A DNA stretch of 64,000 nt from Octopus vulgaris (lineage: Eukaryota). Made by a program: the position numbers and the translations under genes. Below, piece by piece: positions 37,586 through 54,010 of this stretch (position 1 is its first letter; every line of letters starts with the position of its first letter). Under the pieces are notes generated by a model. It had not been told where the DNA came from. It ran no database searches and saw only the letters and a program-made list of their open reading frames with translations. The stretch is from contig OX597815.1 in the NCBI GenBank assembly GCA_951406725.2, forward strand, positions 72,540,001 to 72,604,000, read 5' to 3'.

Positions 37586-37762
37586 TATATATATGTAGTG
37601 TTTTATTTGTTTCAGTTATTTGACTGTGGCTATGCTGGAGCGCCGCCTTTAGTCGAGCAAATCGCCCCCAGAACTTATTGTTTGTAAGCCTAGTACTTAT
37701 TCTATCGGTCTGTTATGCCGAACCGCTAAGTTACGGGATACAAACACACACACACACGCACG

Positions 37763-37838
<76 letters not shown>

Positions 37839-38244
37839 TCCCTTGAACAAAACTCCCTCGAACAAAATTCTTTAAGTTAAAATGCGAAAGAGAAAAAACC
37901 CTCAGTTATATTTTTAGCGAAGATGTATGATAAACACCCCCATTTCTTTTCGTTGTTTTCCCCCCCCCCTTTTTACTTGTTTCATTCATTAGACTGCGGG
38001 CATACTGGGAGCACTGCCTTGAAGAATTTTTAGCCGAATGAAGCGACATGACCTTCATAATGTACCACTCTCAAAACTCTTGCTGGAATCTTAGTGCGCA
38101 TCACGCTGGGGAGATCAGAAGGATCTGTAGGTAAAACACCTGTCGTTTCTCCTGTCCTATCTCTGCGAAAGGCAAATCTACAAACAACTTCTGTACGTAT
38201 TATCCCATAATATATGTGTTTCAAAAACTGTAAACACCGAAGGT

Positions 38245-38560
38245 AAGGCACGTGGCTGTGTGGTTAGGGTATTCCGCACACGACCGTCGTAAAGTCATGA
38301 GTTCGATTCAGATCAGCGCATAGTATCCTTGAGCAAATCACTTTATTTCATATTGCTCCAGTCTGTTTAACTGGCAAAAATGAGCAGTTCCTGTATTTCA
38401 AAGGGCCAACCTTGTCACATTCTGTGCCACGATGAAATCTCATTGAGGACACATTAAGACTACTCATGTGTCTGCGCAGTGCTCAACCACTTGCACGTCA
38501 ATTTAATGAACAGGTCGTTCCGTTGATCGGGTCATCTGGAACCCTCGTCTTCGTACCCGA
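38245..38560 (+). mobile_element. SINE family C
   Basis: ggcacgtggctgtgtggttagggt..gagttcgattc..ccttgagcaaatcactttatttc..cacttgcacgtcaattt. Confidence 0.7.
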
Positions 38561-38739
38561 AAATGCTTACACACAAAACGAAAACTTCCATCCCAAAGTT
38601 TTGAGTCATTCATTTTTTTTAAAGAATTTTTTTTTATATAATTAATAATATTAAATTTAAGGAAATCTTTCTTCACACTCACACACACACACACACACAT
38701 ACACATATGCGCGCACGTGAGTTCCTTTATTTTATTATT

Positions 38740-38868
38740 TTGTTTCAGTCATTTCACTCGGTTGTCAGACGATGGTGGGAGACAAACACCGACACAAAGA
38801 CAACACATACATAGATATATACATACTTATACATACATACATACACACACATGCACGCACACACGCGC

Positions 38869-38936
<68 letters not shown>

Positions 38937-39093
38937 GACGGGCTTCTTTCAATTTCTGTCTACGAAATCCACTCACAAAGCTTTGGTCAGCTCGTGGCTA
39001 TAGTGGAAGAAACTTGCCCAAGGGGCTACGCAGTGAGACTGAACCCGAAACCATGTGACTGAGAAGTAAGCTTCTTACCACACAGCCACGCCC
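38740..39093 (-). mobile_element. SINE family A
   Basis: ccactcacaaagctttggtc..cttgcccaagg..cttaccacacagccacgcc. Confidence 0.8.
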
Positions 39094-40062
39094 AAAGAAA
39101 GATTTGTGTGTGTGTGTGTATGTGCATGCACACAAATGCACGCAAACTTTAAAAGCTATTAATCCTTTATTTATTGAATTATAGCGAAAATGAATTTCAT
39201 GTCAATGATTTCTTTACAAAACTATATCAATACACCAAATATGAAATCAACTGGAACAAAAATTGAAAATGTGGCAACCAAATAGAAAAGAACCACCGGT
39301 CATATCCTCGTTATGTCCACGCACTTGAAGCTTCATTTCTATAGACAGAACGAATATTTCTATCCGCTTCCATTAATGAAGAGTCCCTTTTGAATTCATA
39401 CAGCATGCAGTATCTGATATAGGCTTGAACTAAAATCTACTTTTAAAAGAGTAAAATCGATGTGAAATTTAACCATTATCGTGTAAAGCAATCTGCAAAG
39501 AAAGAAAAACATATTAGAACGTAAAAATTAATGCTTATTTTACCGTAAGAACTGAAAAAATATCTTCAAACTGGTCGTGTGAAAAATGCGACAGGAATTT
39601 CCCTTCAACTCAATATATATGAAAAGAGAGAGAGAACGAGAGAGAGGGGGGAGAGAGATACAGACAGAGATAAATAAATGAGTAAATAAATAAAGGGAAA
39701 CTCCTCGCAAAGAAATAAAATAAAATTTTAAGCCTTTTTTTTTTATGGCGACCATTGATGAAGAAATAACACTAAGTTGCCAATAAAACTTATTGACTGG
39801 CGGCAGCTACGATTGTACGGAAGCGCAGAAGGTTTTTCTTTCTCTTTCTTTACTTCTTTTCTTCTGTCCTTCCCTCATCCACCGTTTCCCTCTCACCGCT
39901 ATACTTTCAGTTAAAGTTTCGGAGGTCGCTTGATTTGGGTCACTTCAAGTTCAGCTCGGCTTTAATTCCGTTTTATTATATTTTTATTTTCCCCTTGTGG
40001 TCAGTGGATAAAGGAATACCTATATCTCTTATACACGTATAAGTGAGTGTATGTGTGTATGT

Positions 40063-40103
<41 letters not shown>

Positions 40104-40653
40104 TCCCAGAGACTGACGCACACATTCACACACAAACATACTCATAATAGACTCATATACACTGATGCATAAGTCTAACGGCAAAGACATAAACATACAC
40201 GCTTATACACACACAAACACACACACACACACACACACTCTCTCTCTCTCCACCCCCTCTCTCTCTCTCTCTTTTACACACCTACACACAGAAACACACT
40301 CACACTACTAACATCTTGACGCCGAACGTACGTCGCCAGATGTGAATGCTAACAAATTTTAAACTTAAAATCCTGTACTAAAAATACACTATTTACATTA
40401 ATAACACAAACACGCATACACACATACATACCGATTGTAATGAAGTACTCAATACAAACGGAAAGTGCAGTAGTTTATTTAGACCGAGTTAGTTCAGTTT
40501 GACTTGTCTGAAGACACAGATGCACGACACGGATATTTCAGAGTAACAGGACATTTTTCTCAGCTGTACTCTCTCTCTCTGTTCCTCCCTCTCCCTGCTT
40601 TTCTCTTCGTCTTTCCCACTTCTGTGTTTGTTCTTGTCTTTTGATAGATAGAA

Positions 40654-41082
40654 CATTGCTTCTCAACCGGAGTCCATATGGCCCCGGAAGTTCCATACAA
40701 AAGTTTTGGGGGTCCATGTAACAAAAGAGTAAATTTGGAATCCACAATAGTATTGTAAGGGCCCCTGAAAAAATTTTGCTTCAGATTTATGTATTGGTGT
40801 ATATTGCAAGAAACAGCTAGTTTTTTCCTCTAATCTTTTACATAGTTTTATCTACACAAGTTAATGTGTGAAAAACAAAATAGGAATTTTGAAAGAAGCT
40901 TCTAGCCGGCCGCCAACACTTTTTTCTGCAAAATAGGGGTAGCTTATCCTGTTCAGGCTATATTATTAGCATTATCCTGTGTTTGAGAATTTAAAATCAC
41001 TTCTTTAACTTTCTAAGACATCTCAATGTTTCTACAGCAAACGAATGGTCCATAGATTAAAAAATAGTTGAGAACCCCAGTG
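40654..41082. mobile_element. hAT (Charlie-like) MITE
   Basis: Termini cattgcttctcaacc / gttgagaaccccagtg; atagaa at both flanks. Confidence 0.7.
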
Positions 41083-41296
41083 ATAGAACATTAATGACAT
41101 CAAGCTCACCTGGTCTGCAAAGGTTGTAAAAAATGCCCCTTCTCCAAATATATATTTCGTCAGAACCATCCAGTGTGATCATTCCCTTATTTAGTGTACA
41201 TCACCTTGCATTTTGCATCATTTATTTCTACACTCTCACCTTTCACGCGATTTGTCTGTTTAGCGAATATTTATAATTTTCATAGACCGTGGATAT

Positions 41297-41745
41297 TGGT
41301 TTCAAATTTTGGCACAAGGCCAGCATTTTCGGGGGAGGCCATAGGCCGATTACGTTGACCTCAGTGCTCAACTGGTATCTATTTTATCAACCTCGAAAGG
41401 ATGAAAGGCAAAGTTGACCTCGGCAGAATTTGAACTCAGAACGAAAAGACAGATGAAATACTGCTAAGAATTTTGTTCGGCATGCTAATGGCTCTGCTAG
41501 CTTACCGCCTTAAAGATCATGGATATTAATGCTGTATAAGGCATCGAACTGGCAGATTTTTTAACACGCCGGACAAGATGCTTAGCGGCATTTCGTCCGT
41601 CTTTACGTTCTAAGTTCCAATTCTGCCAAGGTCGACTTTGCCTTTCATTGTTTCGGGTCGATAAAATAAGTAGCAGTCGAGTAATGGGATCCATGCAATC
41701 GACTTTCCCCGGCCCCAAGAATTTCAAGCTTAAGTAGAAAGGATA
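41297..41745. mobile_element. Two SINE B copies head-to-head (41297-41510 minus, 41540-41745 plus)
   Basis: gatgaaaggcaaagttgacctcggcagaatttgaactc and its reverse complement. Confidence 0.8.
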
Positions 41746-41759
41746 TTAAGATTGTGTCG

Positions 41760-42350
41760 TCTGCATATTCAATATTTATGGAGAGGTCGACAGTATGCGC
41801 GACACTGACTGTCGACGCCGCAGAGGCATCAAATATACTTCTGTTGGGTGTAAAAATGAACTGATTCTCTCTCGTTCGTTCGATTTTACCATTTAAGTCT
41901 ATCGAGAAGGGTTCTACTGAATGTTTTTCCTGGCCCGATTTTGAGTTCTTTCATAACAAATTTGAGAAAGATGTTGAAAAGGATGAAGAATAGCATGTAA
42001 CTTTGTCTTGGACCGACATATACATCAGCCGACTCCATCACCCGGCTTTCCGTCATCATAACAAATTCGGTATTATTCTAAGGCATTTCTATAACATTGT
42101 GTAACAAATTTTTTAATTTATATATTTATCTTTGTCTTTGGTCTGTGTTATTTCCTATTTGCTTCCATCTAGAAATCAAAGGAAACGACTACTATCCTCT
42201 TCAAACTTTGCTTTTGTGACTTGAACTTTTGAAACTGACTTATTTTCCATTACATTTCCGGCAGATTCAGTGCTGAGTTGCTGAAGCAGAAATATCGTTA
42301 TAGCAAATATTCTGCTCAACACTACAGTTTTGCTTGTCAGTTGCTTAACC
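41760..42350 (-). pseudogene. Decayed RTE-like reverse transcriptase fragment
   Basis: Minus strand VGPRQSYMLFFILFNIFLKFVMKEL, similar to GVRQGC.LSP.LFNIFL..VM. Confidence 0.5.
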
Positions 42351-43494
42351 ATAAGCACTTAGTGGATGACAATATATACATCTCTGATTATGAGCAATAG
42401 TGGGGGAGCATCATAGCCATGTGTTGAGAAAGATTCTTTGGTGTTTGAATAAATGTTTGAAGGAAATATTTGCCATTTTTCATACTTTCTAGGGGTAAGC
42501 AAATTTTCATACTTCGTAGGAGTAAGCTAAGAGAAAATAACAGTTACTACCTAAGGACGAAAGTCGTGTTACACAGTGTAATTTGTACACTTTTGGGAGT
42601 CCACATATGTTGCTTCTCATCTTCTTCCATAAAAACCTCCTCCAGATCATGTCGAAGTTAGCTTTAAAATTGGGGTGTAAGGATACTTGATATTTTTTTA
42701 ATATTTCCAATGATCTCACTAACTACAAAAATGATATTCACTCTGCCCCTCCTAGGTCAACGATCGAATCGACTCTCGCTTGCGTATTTTTTCGGTGTTA
42801 ATTCTTATCCAATCAAGAAAGATTCTACTGAAAGCCTTTACCTGTATTGAGACAAGAATGAAATTGTCCAGAAGATTCCGAGGTGTTACTTGTTGCCCAT
42901 TGTACATATTGGACTTACCGGTTGCATGGTTAAGGAACTCGCTTTGCGACCACGTGGTTTTGGGTTCGGCCTCGTTGCAAAGCATCTTTGGCAAAATGTC
43001 CGACACTAGCCCCTAATCGACCAGAGCGAATTTGCAAGACGAAAACAGTGAGGAAGCCTCTTACACACACACACACACACACGTATGTATGTATGTATGT
43101 ATGTATGTATGTATATATTCATGTTTGTATATATGTTTGGGTGTACGTATATGTATACGCATACACACAAACACTTGTAGATGCGTATATCTCTGTGCAT
43201 GTATGTATATGTATATATATATATATATATATATGCATATATGCATACATGCATATATATATATATATATATATATGCGTGCATACGCGTGTGCGCCTCT
43301 GTCATTGTGTATACCCCAATACCACCGATGTTCGTTTGTTTACATACCTGCAACTTAGCAGCTTGGAAAAAAATCCGCCTCTCACCCCAGAAACATGCAT
43401 ATATAGCAGATTCAAAAGTATTGTCATAAAAGTGCCGCCCGTAATGCACCGCTCCCCATCCCACCCTCACTTTCTAGGTATGCTACAGAATATT

Positions 43495-43892
43495 TTATCT
43501 TTTACTTGTTTCAGTCATTCGACTGCGGCGACTATATTGGTGCCTCGCCTTGAAATTTTAGTCGAATGTATCGATCTCATTACTTTATTTTTTTAAGCCT
43601 GGCACTTACTCTATCGGTTCTTTTGCCGAACCGCTAGTTACGGAGATGTAAACATGGTTGTCAAACGGTGGTGGAAGACAAACACAGACACAAAGGCACA
43701 CACACGTACACACATACACACACAAATATTCGACGGACCTCTTTCTGCTTCCGTCTACCAAATCCACTCACAAAGCTTTGGTCGGCCTGAGACAATAGTA
43801 GAAGACACTTGCCGAAGGTGTCTCGCAGTGAAACTGAACCCAGAACCATGTGGTTGGGAAGCAAGCTTCTTAATCACACAGCTACGCCTGTG
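43495..43892 (-). mobile_element. SINE family A
   Basis: ttacttgtttcagtcattcgactgcgg...aaccatgtggttgggaagcaagcttct. Confidence 0.85.
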
Positions 43893-44666
43893 TCTGGATA
43901 ATATTGTTCAGAGACTAGGACAGGAAGGTTGGTCATTGTTGAAACGCTTGTGACCGAAAGTCAACCTAGTCAGGACAACAAACCCGAGGTTATAAACATC
44001 AAGAAACAATTTTACGACCGTAATATTTATTTACAAGGGTGAGAATTTTCCCCCAAAGATACAAAAGACTGTGAGAGAGAACATCGAAAGATATTTCAAT
44101 GGCTGAAAATCCTTCTCAAAGCCGTTGACCTCTTCTCGTATAAGATCTGATATTTTGGACATTTCCCCCAACCCCTCTATCAATCTCTTTCTTTCTCTCC
44201 TTTCTTTGAACCAAGACACAGGCGACGAATAAAAGCATAAAACACGCGGTTTTCTTTTTATTGTCGTTCTCTCGGGTTGTTATGGTCGTCGTTGTCGTTG
44301 TTGTACTTGTTTCTGCGTTTGTTATTTTTTCACAGCTGTGGTTGGTCGGCATAATCTATCACAAGACAGATGCACTGACAGACTGACTAACATACGTGGG
44401 TGATTAACAAAAAAAACGGAGATGGTGATGAGTTGAGAGCAGTGAAAAGAGTATTATTTTAGAGCGATATCTAGAGGATTGAGTTGATCTATATGTGCTG
44501 TATTATGGCGTCTAGACACACACATAAATACACATACATACATACATACATTCATACAAACATATATAAATATGCATACATACATTTCTGTTTTCGCGTT
44601 CAGGATTCAAACATCGTCTTCCACGTCAGAGTCCGATATGTGTGTGTGTGTACATACATATGTATG

Positions 44667-44729
<63 letters not shown>

Positions 44730-44743
44730 GTATGTATGCATTG

Positions 44744-44786
<43 letters not shown>

Positions 44787-44846
44787 AAGGCGGTGCTCCA
44801 GCATGGCCGCAGTCAAAATGACTGAAACAAGTAAAAGAGTAAAAGA

Positions 44847-44893
<47 letters not shown>

Positions 44894-44962
44894 CATACAT
44901 GCATACATACATCTATGTATGTATATATATATATATATACATACATATATATATATAAACAT

Positions 44963-45146
<184 letters not shown>

Positions 45147-45149
45147 TAT

Positions 45150-45360
45150 AGTAAATCCCAAAAAGAAGAACAAACAAAAAAACAACAACGTGATGGAGGA
45201 CGTGGTACATGTAAAGTATTAGCAGACGCTCAGGGAAGAAAAGAAAGATGGTTAAACGTGTCGAGCAGACGCTCTTCTTCGGAAACAGAGGGAAGTCGAA
45301 TAGAAGGGAAGACGGAGTAAGAAAATCGCCAACGATTCACATGCGGTTACATTTAAAAAA
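45150..45360 (-). mobile_element. Penelope-like remnant (same family as 19585-19770) with mutated hammerhead
   Basis: Minus strand GUUU-CCGAAGA-A-GAGC GUCU GCUC-GACA-CGUUUAAC; shared cctgagcgtc..aatact..ccacgtcctc. Confidence 0.65.
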
Positions 45361-45384
45361 AATATATATATATATGTATGTATG

Positions 45385-45518
<134 letters not shown>

Positions 45519-46149
45519 TTTATGGGTACAGGACGTCACAAAACGTGAACAACATGAAATGCGAAGGCAAACTTGGGAATGTGAACAACGTGAGAAACAA
45601 ATGGAAAACAAGACAAGTAACATAAAGAACGAGCCTTCATCAGTTGTCGGCTCATCGTCTACTCCACATTTCGAGCAATTAACGACAATATGAGGGTTCT
45701 AAAAACAGTTTCTCCCGGGAACCAAAATCGAATTTGGCATTTGATGAGGGTCAAAGTTGGTAACAAAATCAGTGCAATGGAGACGAACAAACAACTAAAT
45801 GAAAACAAACATGGAGGGCCGTTAGGCCAGACGAGGTAAGGTAGCGAACGATAGAGGAATATTCTTTGACATGAGAAGAGATAAAGGAGACAGATAAGGA
45901 TGCGTCTGGTCTGTGCGACAGACTGGAGGAAAAGAAAAATGGACGATGGTCACGTGTGAGCAACGAGAGAGAGAGTAAAGGAGGAAGAGGGAGAGAGAGA
46001 AAAAGGTGAAAGGGAGAAATACATATATATATATATATACACACACACATACATACATATGTATACATACATATGTATATGCATACGAAACAAGCATGAG
46101 TGAGTGTGTCCAATCATCTATGTTGGGTTTTTTTTACCCTGTTTGACGC

Positions 46150-46875
46150 GTACGAGTTGAGTACATTCTGCAATTCACTTTCGATCTCGACAACGATGTT
46201 ACTACGGTGACCTATGAGTTGCATTTTCATCTTAGGGAAAAGTCCGCAGGTTCTAAATCTGGCCAATAGGGCGGGTGCGGAAGCGATACCATTTTGTATT
46301 TGCCGAGAAATTCACGAGTGAGGAAAGATCGGTGACAAGGTGCATTGTCGTCGGGAAGAATCCAATTCTTCGCCCTCCACAGATCCAGTCGCTTTCGCCG
46401 AATGTCCTCCTTCAAACGCTTCAAAACGTCGCAGTAGAACTCTCAGTTGACGGTCCGGCACTGGGGGACGAATTTTTGATGCACAATACCACATTTTCGG
46501 GGTTGACGTTCGGGGCAGGTCTTCTACATCACGCATCGCTTTCCAGGGACGTTCTCCCGCTTTTGAAACACCCGTGCCACTCGAAATACTGCGTACGATC
46601 TATTTCCGAAGCATAATCAATGTCTCAGTAGCAGACTTCGCAAGTTTAGCACACAAGTTAACGTTGACTTTTGTTTCTGTCCGTAACAAAATCGCAGACT
46701 ACAGCATGCACGTGATCACAAAATCATATATTTCACAACTTGTGAAGTAAACAGCGATGTCACTCGGCACACTGACCCATGGTCACTGCTAGCTCTCACT
46801 GCACACGCAACAGTGTGCTGCCATCTGTTGGCGCGCTACAGAACTAGTCCGGGAACGTTTTGGTACTACCGCATA
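46150..46875 (-). mobile_element. Internally deleted mariner transposon
   Basis: WILPDDNAPCH and HPPYWPDLEPADF (mariner HDNARPH / HPPYSPDLAPSD motifs); TIR-like gcggtagtaccaaaacgttcccggactagt at about 46843-46873. Confidence 0.9.
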
Positions 46876-47120
46876 TGTTTCTTCATCCTCCTGTACTACA
46901 TACACACATGCATATATGTATACATACGTACGTGCATATGTGCAAATACACACATGTATCTACATACATTCCTGGTCACATGCATACATATGTACGTATG
47001 AGCATACATGTAAGTATATACTTACGTACATGTATTACATAAATACATACGTACATGCATACATACGTACAAATACATTTACATGTGTATATGTACACGT
47101 GCATACATAGTACATGTACG

Positions 47121-47193
<73 letters not shown>

Positions 47194-47518
47194 CATTGCT
47201 ATATCCAAATTTGACTAAGTGTCCAAAATTGACTAACTACGTTTTTTTTCTTTTTCAATATTTATTTTTGCTTGCAATAGCCAGTTCTTTTGGTCAAGCA
47301 ATCATATATCTCCAGCTGTTTCAGATGCCAAAATATCAAAAATTGTCAAAGTGTGTATAACGGTTTTGCTATGGAATGGTGAAACTATTTCTTCGTTTTC
47401 TGAAAAAGCAACGTTTTGGACTTAAGACACTTTTTCATAATATACATACATACTACACACAAACGCGTCATACATACATATATACAGACATACATACATA
47501 CATACATACATACATACA

Positions 47519-47554
<36 letters not shown>

Positions 47555-47709
47555 GATACATTCGTTCATGCATACATACACATACATACATAGACAAACA
47601 TGTATAAATACATACACATCCATCCATGCACACACAAACACACACACACTTACACATATATGCATACGTACGAACGAAATCCATACATACATATGTACTT
47701 GGAAGCATG

Positions 47710-47715
47710 CATACA

Positions 47716-47747
<32 letters not shown>

Positions 47748-50700
47748 CATACATACATACATACATACATACATACATACATACATACATACATACATAC
47801 ATACATACATACATACATACATACATACATACATACATACATACATACATACATACATACATACATACATACATACATACATACATACATACATACATAC
47901 ATACATACATACATACATACATACATACATACATACATACATACATACATACATACATACATACATACATACATACATACATACATACATACATACATAC
48001 ATACATACATACATACATACATACATACATACATACATACATACATACATACATACATACATACATACATACATACATACATACATACATACATACATAC
48101 ATACATACATACATACATACATACATACATACATACATACATACATACATACATACATACATACATACATACATACATACATACATACATACATACATAC
48201 ATACATACATACATACATACATACATACATACATACATACATACATACATACATACATACATACATACATACATACATACATACATACATACATACATAC
48301 ATACATACATACATACATACATACATACATACATACATACATACATACATACATACATACATACATACATACATACATACATACATACATACATACATAC
48401 ATACATACATACATACATACATACATACATACATACATACATACATACATACATACATACATACATACATACATACATACATACATACATACATACATAC
48501 ATACATACATACATACATACATACATACATACATACATACATACATACATACATACATACATACATACATACATACATACATACATACATACATACATAC
48601 ATACATACATACATACATACATACATACATACATACATACATACATACATACATACATACATACATACATACATACATACATACATACATACATACATAC
48701 ATACATACATACATACATACATACATACATACATACATACATACATACATACATACATACATACATACATACATACATACATACATACATACATACATAC
48801 ATACATACATACATACATACATACATACATACATACATACATACATACATACATACATACATACATACATACATACATACATACATACATACATACATAC
48901 ATACATACATACATACATACATACATACATACATACATACATACATACATACATACATACATACATACATACATACATACATACATACATACATACATAC
49001 ATACATACATACATACATACATACATACATACATACATACATACATACATACATACATACATACATACATACATACATACATACATACATACATACATAC
49101 ATACATACATACATACATACATACATACATACATACATACATACATACATACATACATACATACATACATACATACATACATACATACATACATACATAC
49201 ATACATACATACATACATACATACATACATACATACATACATACATACATACATACATACATACATACATACATACATACATACATACATACATACATAC
49301 ATACATACATACATACATACATACATACATACATACATACATACATACATACATACATACATACATACATACATACATACATACATACATACATACATAC
49401 ATACATACATACATACATACATACATACATACATACATACATACATACATACATACATACATACATACATACATACATACATACATACATACATACATAC
49501 ATACATACATACATACATACATACATACATACATACATACATACATACATACATACATACATACATACATACATACATACATACATACATACATACATAC
49601 ATACATACATACATACATACATACATACATACATACATACATACATACATACATACATACATACATACATACATACATACATACATACATACATACATAC
49701 ATACATACATACATACATACATACATACATACATACATACATACATACATACATACATACATACATACATACATACATACATACATACATACATACATAC
49801 ATACATACATACATACATACATACATACATACATACATACATACATACATACATACATACATACATACATACATACATACATACATACATACATACATAC
49901 ATACATACATACATACATACATACATACATACATACATACATACATACATACATACATACATACATACATACATACATACATACATACATACATACATAC
50001 ATACATACATACATACATACATACATACATACATACATACATACATACATACATACATACATACATACATACATACATACATACATACATACATACATAC
50101 ATACATACATACATACATACATACATACATACATACATACATACATACATACATACATACATACATACATACATACATACATACATACATACATACATAC
50201 ATACATACATACATACATACATACATACATACATACATACATACATACATACATACATACATACATACATACATACATACATACATACATACATACATAC
50301 ATACATACATACATACATACATACATACATACATACATACATACATACATACATACATACATACATACATACATACATACATACATACATACATACATAC
50401 ATACATACATACATACATACATACATACATACATACATACATACATACATACATACATACATACATACATACATACATACATACATACATACATACATAC
50501 ATACATACATACATACATACATACATACATACATACATACATACATACATACATACATACATACATACATACATACATACATACATACATACATACATAC
50601 ATACATACATACATACATACATACATACATACATACATACATACATACATACATACATACATACATACATACATACATACATACATACATACATACATAC

Positions 50701-51033
50701 ATACATACATACATACATACATACATACATACATACATACATACATACATACATACATACATACATACATACATACATACATACATACATACATACATAC
50801 ATACATACATACATACATACATACATACATACATACATACATACATACATACATACATACATACATACATACATACATACATACATACATACATACATAC
50901 ATACATACATACATACATACATACATACATACATACATACATACATACATACATACATACATACATACATACATACATACATACATACATACATACATAC
51001 ATACATACATACATACATACATACATACATACA

Positions 51034-51062
<29 letters not shown>
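47710..51062. repeat. (TACA)n tetranucleotide array, about 3.3 kb, essentially perfect
   Basis: Uninterrupted atac repeats from about 47747 to 51062. Confidence 0.98.
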
Positions 51063-51064
<2 letters not shown>

Positions 51065-51505
51065 GAAGATTTTTTTTATAGTTCATTGTATTTATTTGTT
51101 AACATTTATTGTTTTGTAAGTCACACAAAAATAAGTGGGGAACCCTAATAAAAGCCAAGGTGAACTTGGACATCAAGAAGAAAAATAAAACGAAATTGCT
51201 GAGCGTTGCTTTCTTAAATAGTTTTATGGTTCAGAAAAAAAGTAGGGGAGAAAATGCATGATGGCGGTAAGGATGATAGTCATGAGGGATGGTGAGAGGA
51301 GAACGGAAAAGTAACGCTAGAAGAATAAAACGAAGGGAACGTGGGGGGAGAGGAGGGGAGAGGAGAAGGAAAAGAAAGAGAATATGGAGGGGTGCAGGAG
51401 AAGAGACAGCGTGACCGAGAAATTAAAAAGAGGAGGAAAAGAAATTTACGCAGTTTCGGCGGCACCTTCAAAGTAACTTAACATATAGTTTAAAAGAATG
51501 GATAC

Positions 51506-51570
<65 letters not shown>

Positions 51571-51856
51571 TGTTTGTGTGTGTGTGTGAGTGCGTGTGTG
51601 TGTGTGTGTATGTATGTGCATATATATACATACTATGAACAGGGAAGGTATATATATATGTATGTATACAGTTTTTCGAGATCACTATGTATATATAGCT
51701 ATACATATATATACACATATCTGTATACATACATTTATACGCACTATGTACTGGGAATGTTTATTCTCATACACAAACACACATATATATCTAAAGATGT
51801 ATCAGTATGGATGTATGGATGGATATTAATATGCATACGTGTATATATAAAATCTA

Positions 51857-51905
<49 letters not shown>

Positions 51906-52589
51906 GCATGTGTAATACAATATAATACTATATACACTTGCACATGTATATACACGCATAATTATATATTTACGGAATTCGAAGAAAGTGATATATACTC
52001 AAAGGACACGTGCAGATAGATACATATATACAAATGCGCACATACTCACTTAAGCATACACACACACACACACGTTTTTGATAGTGTGTGTGTGAGGATG
52101 GGGTTGGGTGGCTTTGACTAGTGAGATACGATTCAGTAACTATGCGTGCCATAGTACGAAGAAGTACGAGTGCATGTTGGTGAGTATGTATATATATATA
52201 CGTAAGTTTATAGATGTGGAAGAATATGTCAAACTCTGTGTGTGTGTGTGTGTGTGAGAGAGAAAGAGAGAAGGAGAGAGAGAAAGAGTGTGTCTGTGTG
52301 CCAGAGTGTATTGACCTGCGCGTACGAGCATAACTGTTTTTTTCTCTTCTTTTCATGATCAAACCTTAATGTATGCGAGATATGTTGATGTGTGTGTGTG
52401 TGTGTGTGCGCGCGCGTGCGTGCGTGCGTGCGAATATATATTTTTTTCTGTTTGTTGCTTTTAGACATTCACTGCAGTGAGAAAAAAGAAAATGTTTGGC
52501 TGATGAGGTCTCCTAAGATAGGAACAAGTCTGGAGTTGTCAATAGCGCTTTCAAAGTTCAGATCCTCATCGCCCACCTGCATAACTTCA

Positions 52590-52665
<76 letters not shown>

Positions 52666-52780
52666 CAATTAAAACTAAGAGTTCTCTCTTTCTCTCTCTC
52701 TCTCTCATCCGTTCAATCAGATTAATCTTTATTGACACAAGCGAGACCTCATTACGTTTAGAATTCCAATTGGCTATATG

Positions 52781-52814
<34 letters not shown>

Positions 52815-52894
52815 TGTATGTATGTATGTATGTATGTATGTATGTATGTATGTATGTGTGTGTGTGTATGCATGTGTGTATATATATATATATA

Positions 52895-53260
52895 TACGTG
52901 GCACTGCGTCGATTACAACGACGAGGGTTCCAACTGATCCAATTAACGGAACAGCCTGCTCGTGAAATTAACGTGCGAGTGGCTGAGCACTTCACAGACA
53001 TGTGTACCCTTAACGTAGTTCTCAGGGAGATTCAGCGTGCCACAGAGTGTGACAAGGCTGGTCCTTTGAAATACAGGTACAACAGAAACAGGAAGAAAGA
53101 GTGAGAGAAAGTTGTGGCGAAGGAGTACAGCAGGGTTCGCCACCACCCTCAGCCGGAGCCTCGTGGAACTTTAGATGTTTTCGCTCAACTCACAGTGCTC
53201 TGTCTGGGAATCGAAACCGCGAGTCTGCTGCCCTAACCACTGGGCCATTGCGCCTCCAAC
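52895..53260 (-). mobile_element. SINE family C-related composite
   Basis: gatccaattaacggaacagcctgctcgtgaaattaacgtgc.. and tRNA-like head gggaatcgaaacc..ccctaaccactgggccattgcgcctcc. Confidence 0.7.
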
Positions 53261-53529
53261 ACGCACACACACACGTGTGTGTGTGTGTGTGTATCTTATA
53301 AACATCGCCTTGAGAGCATGAAAAAGAATGTGACGTGTTTATCACAAAAAATAGAGACAAGATGTTTTATGAACAAAGACACAAAAGTCAGAACAGAAAT
53401 GTTGTACAGTTTTGACAATATCAATCCAAGCTAAGCGATACAAAGAACTGAACAAAACAGTTAAAAGAGAACATGAACGGACAAAACAAAATGGAAAAGA
53501 CAGAGACATTGATCTAAACGACAAAAATG

Positions 53530-53731
53530 ATCCTTTCTACAACAGGCACAATGCCTGAAATTTTGTGGGAGGGGGTATATAGACGATTACATCAACTCAA
53601 GTGCTCAACTGGTACTTATTTTTATCGATCCCGAAAGGATGAAAGGCAAAGTCGACCTCGGCGGAATTTGAACCCAGAATGTAAAGACAGACGAAATACC
53701 GGCATGCTAATGATTCTGCCAGCTCGCCGCC

Positions 53732-53787
<56 letters not shown>

Positions 53788-54010
53788 CCTTTCTACTAAA
53801 GGCACCAAGCCTGAAATTTGGGTGAAGGGGACAAGTCGATTACATCGGCCCCAGTGTTTCACTGGTACTTAATTTATCGCCCCCCCCCCCCCGAGAGGAT
53901 GAAAGGCAAGGTCGACCCCAGCGGAATTTAAACTCAGAACGTTAAAGCGGACATAATGCCGCTAAGCATTTTACCTGACCTGCTAACAAGTGTGCCAGCT
54001 CGCCGCCTTA
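53530..54010 (-). mobile_element. Two tandem SINE B copies separated by (TAA)n
   Basis: ggatgaaaggcaaagtcgacctcggcggaatttgaac..tgccagctcgccgcc occurs twice. Confidence 0.85.

Noticed and set aside
47385-51148. Six ORFs of more than 1100 aa
   Set aside because: Translations of (TACA)n, giving MYVC/HTYI repeats; not genes
52498-52574. Hairpin ends ggctgatgaggtct / agatcctcatcgcc; possible snoRNA, pre-miRNA or HHR
   Set aside because: No D box, the interior pairs poorly, and the HHR core is incomplete on both strands
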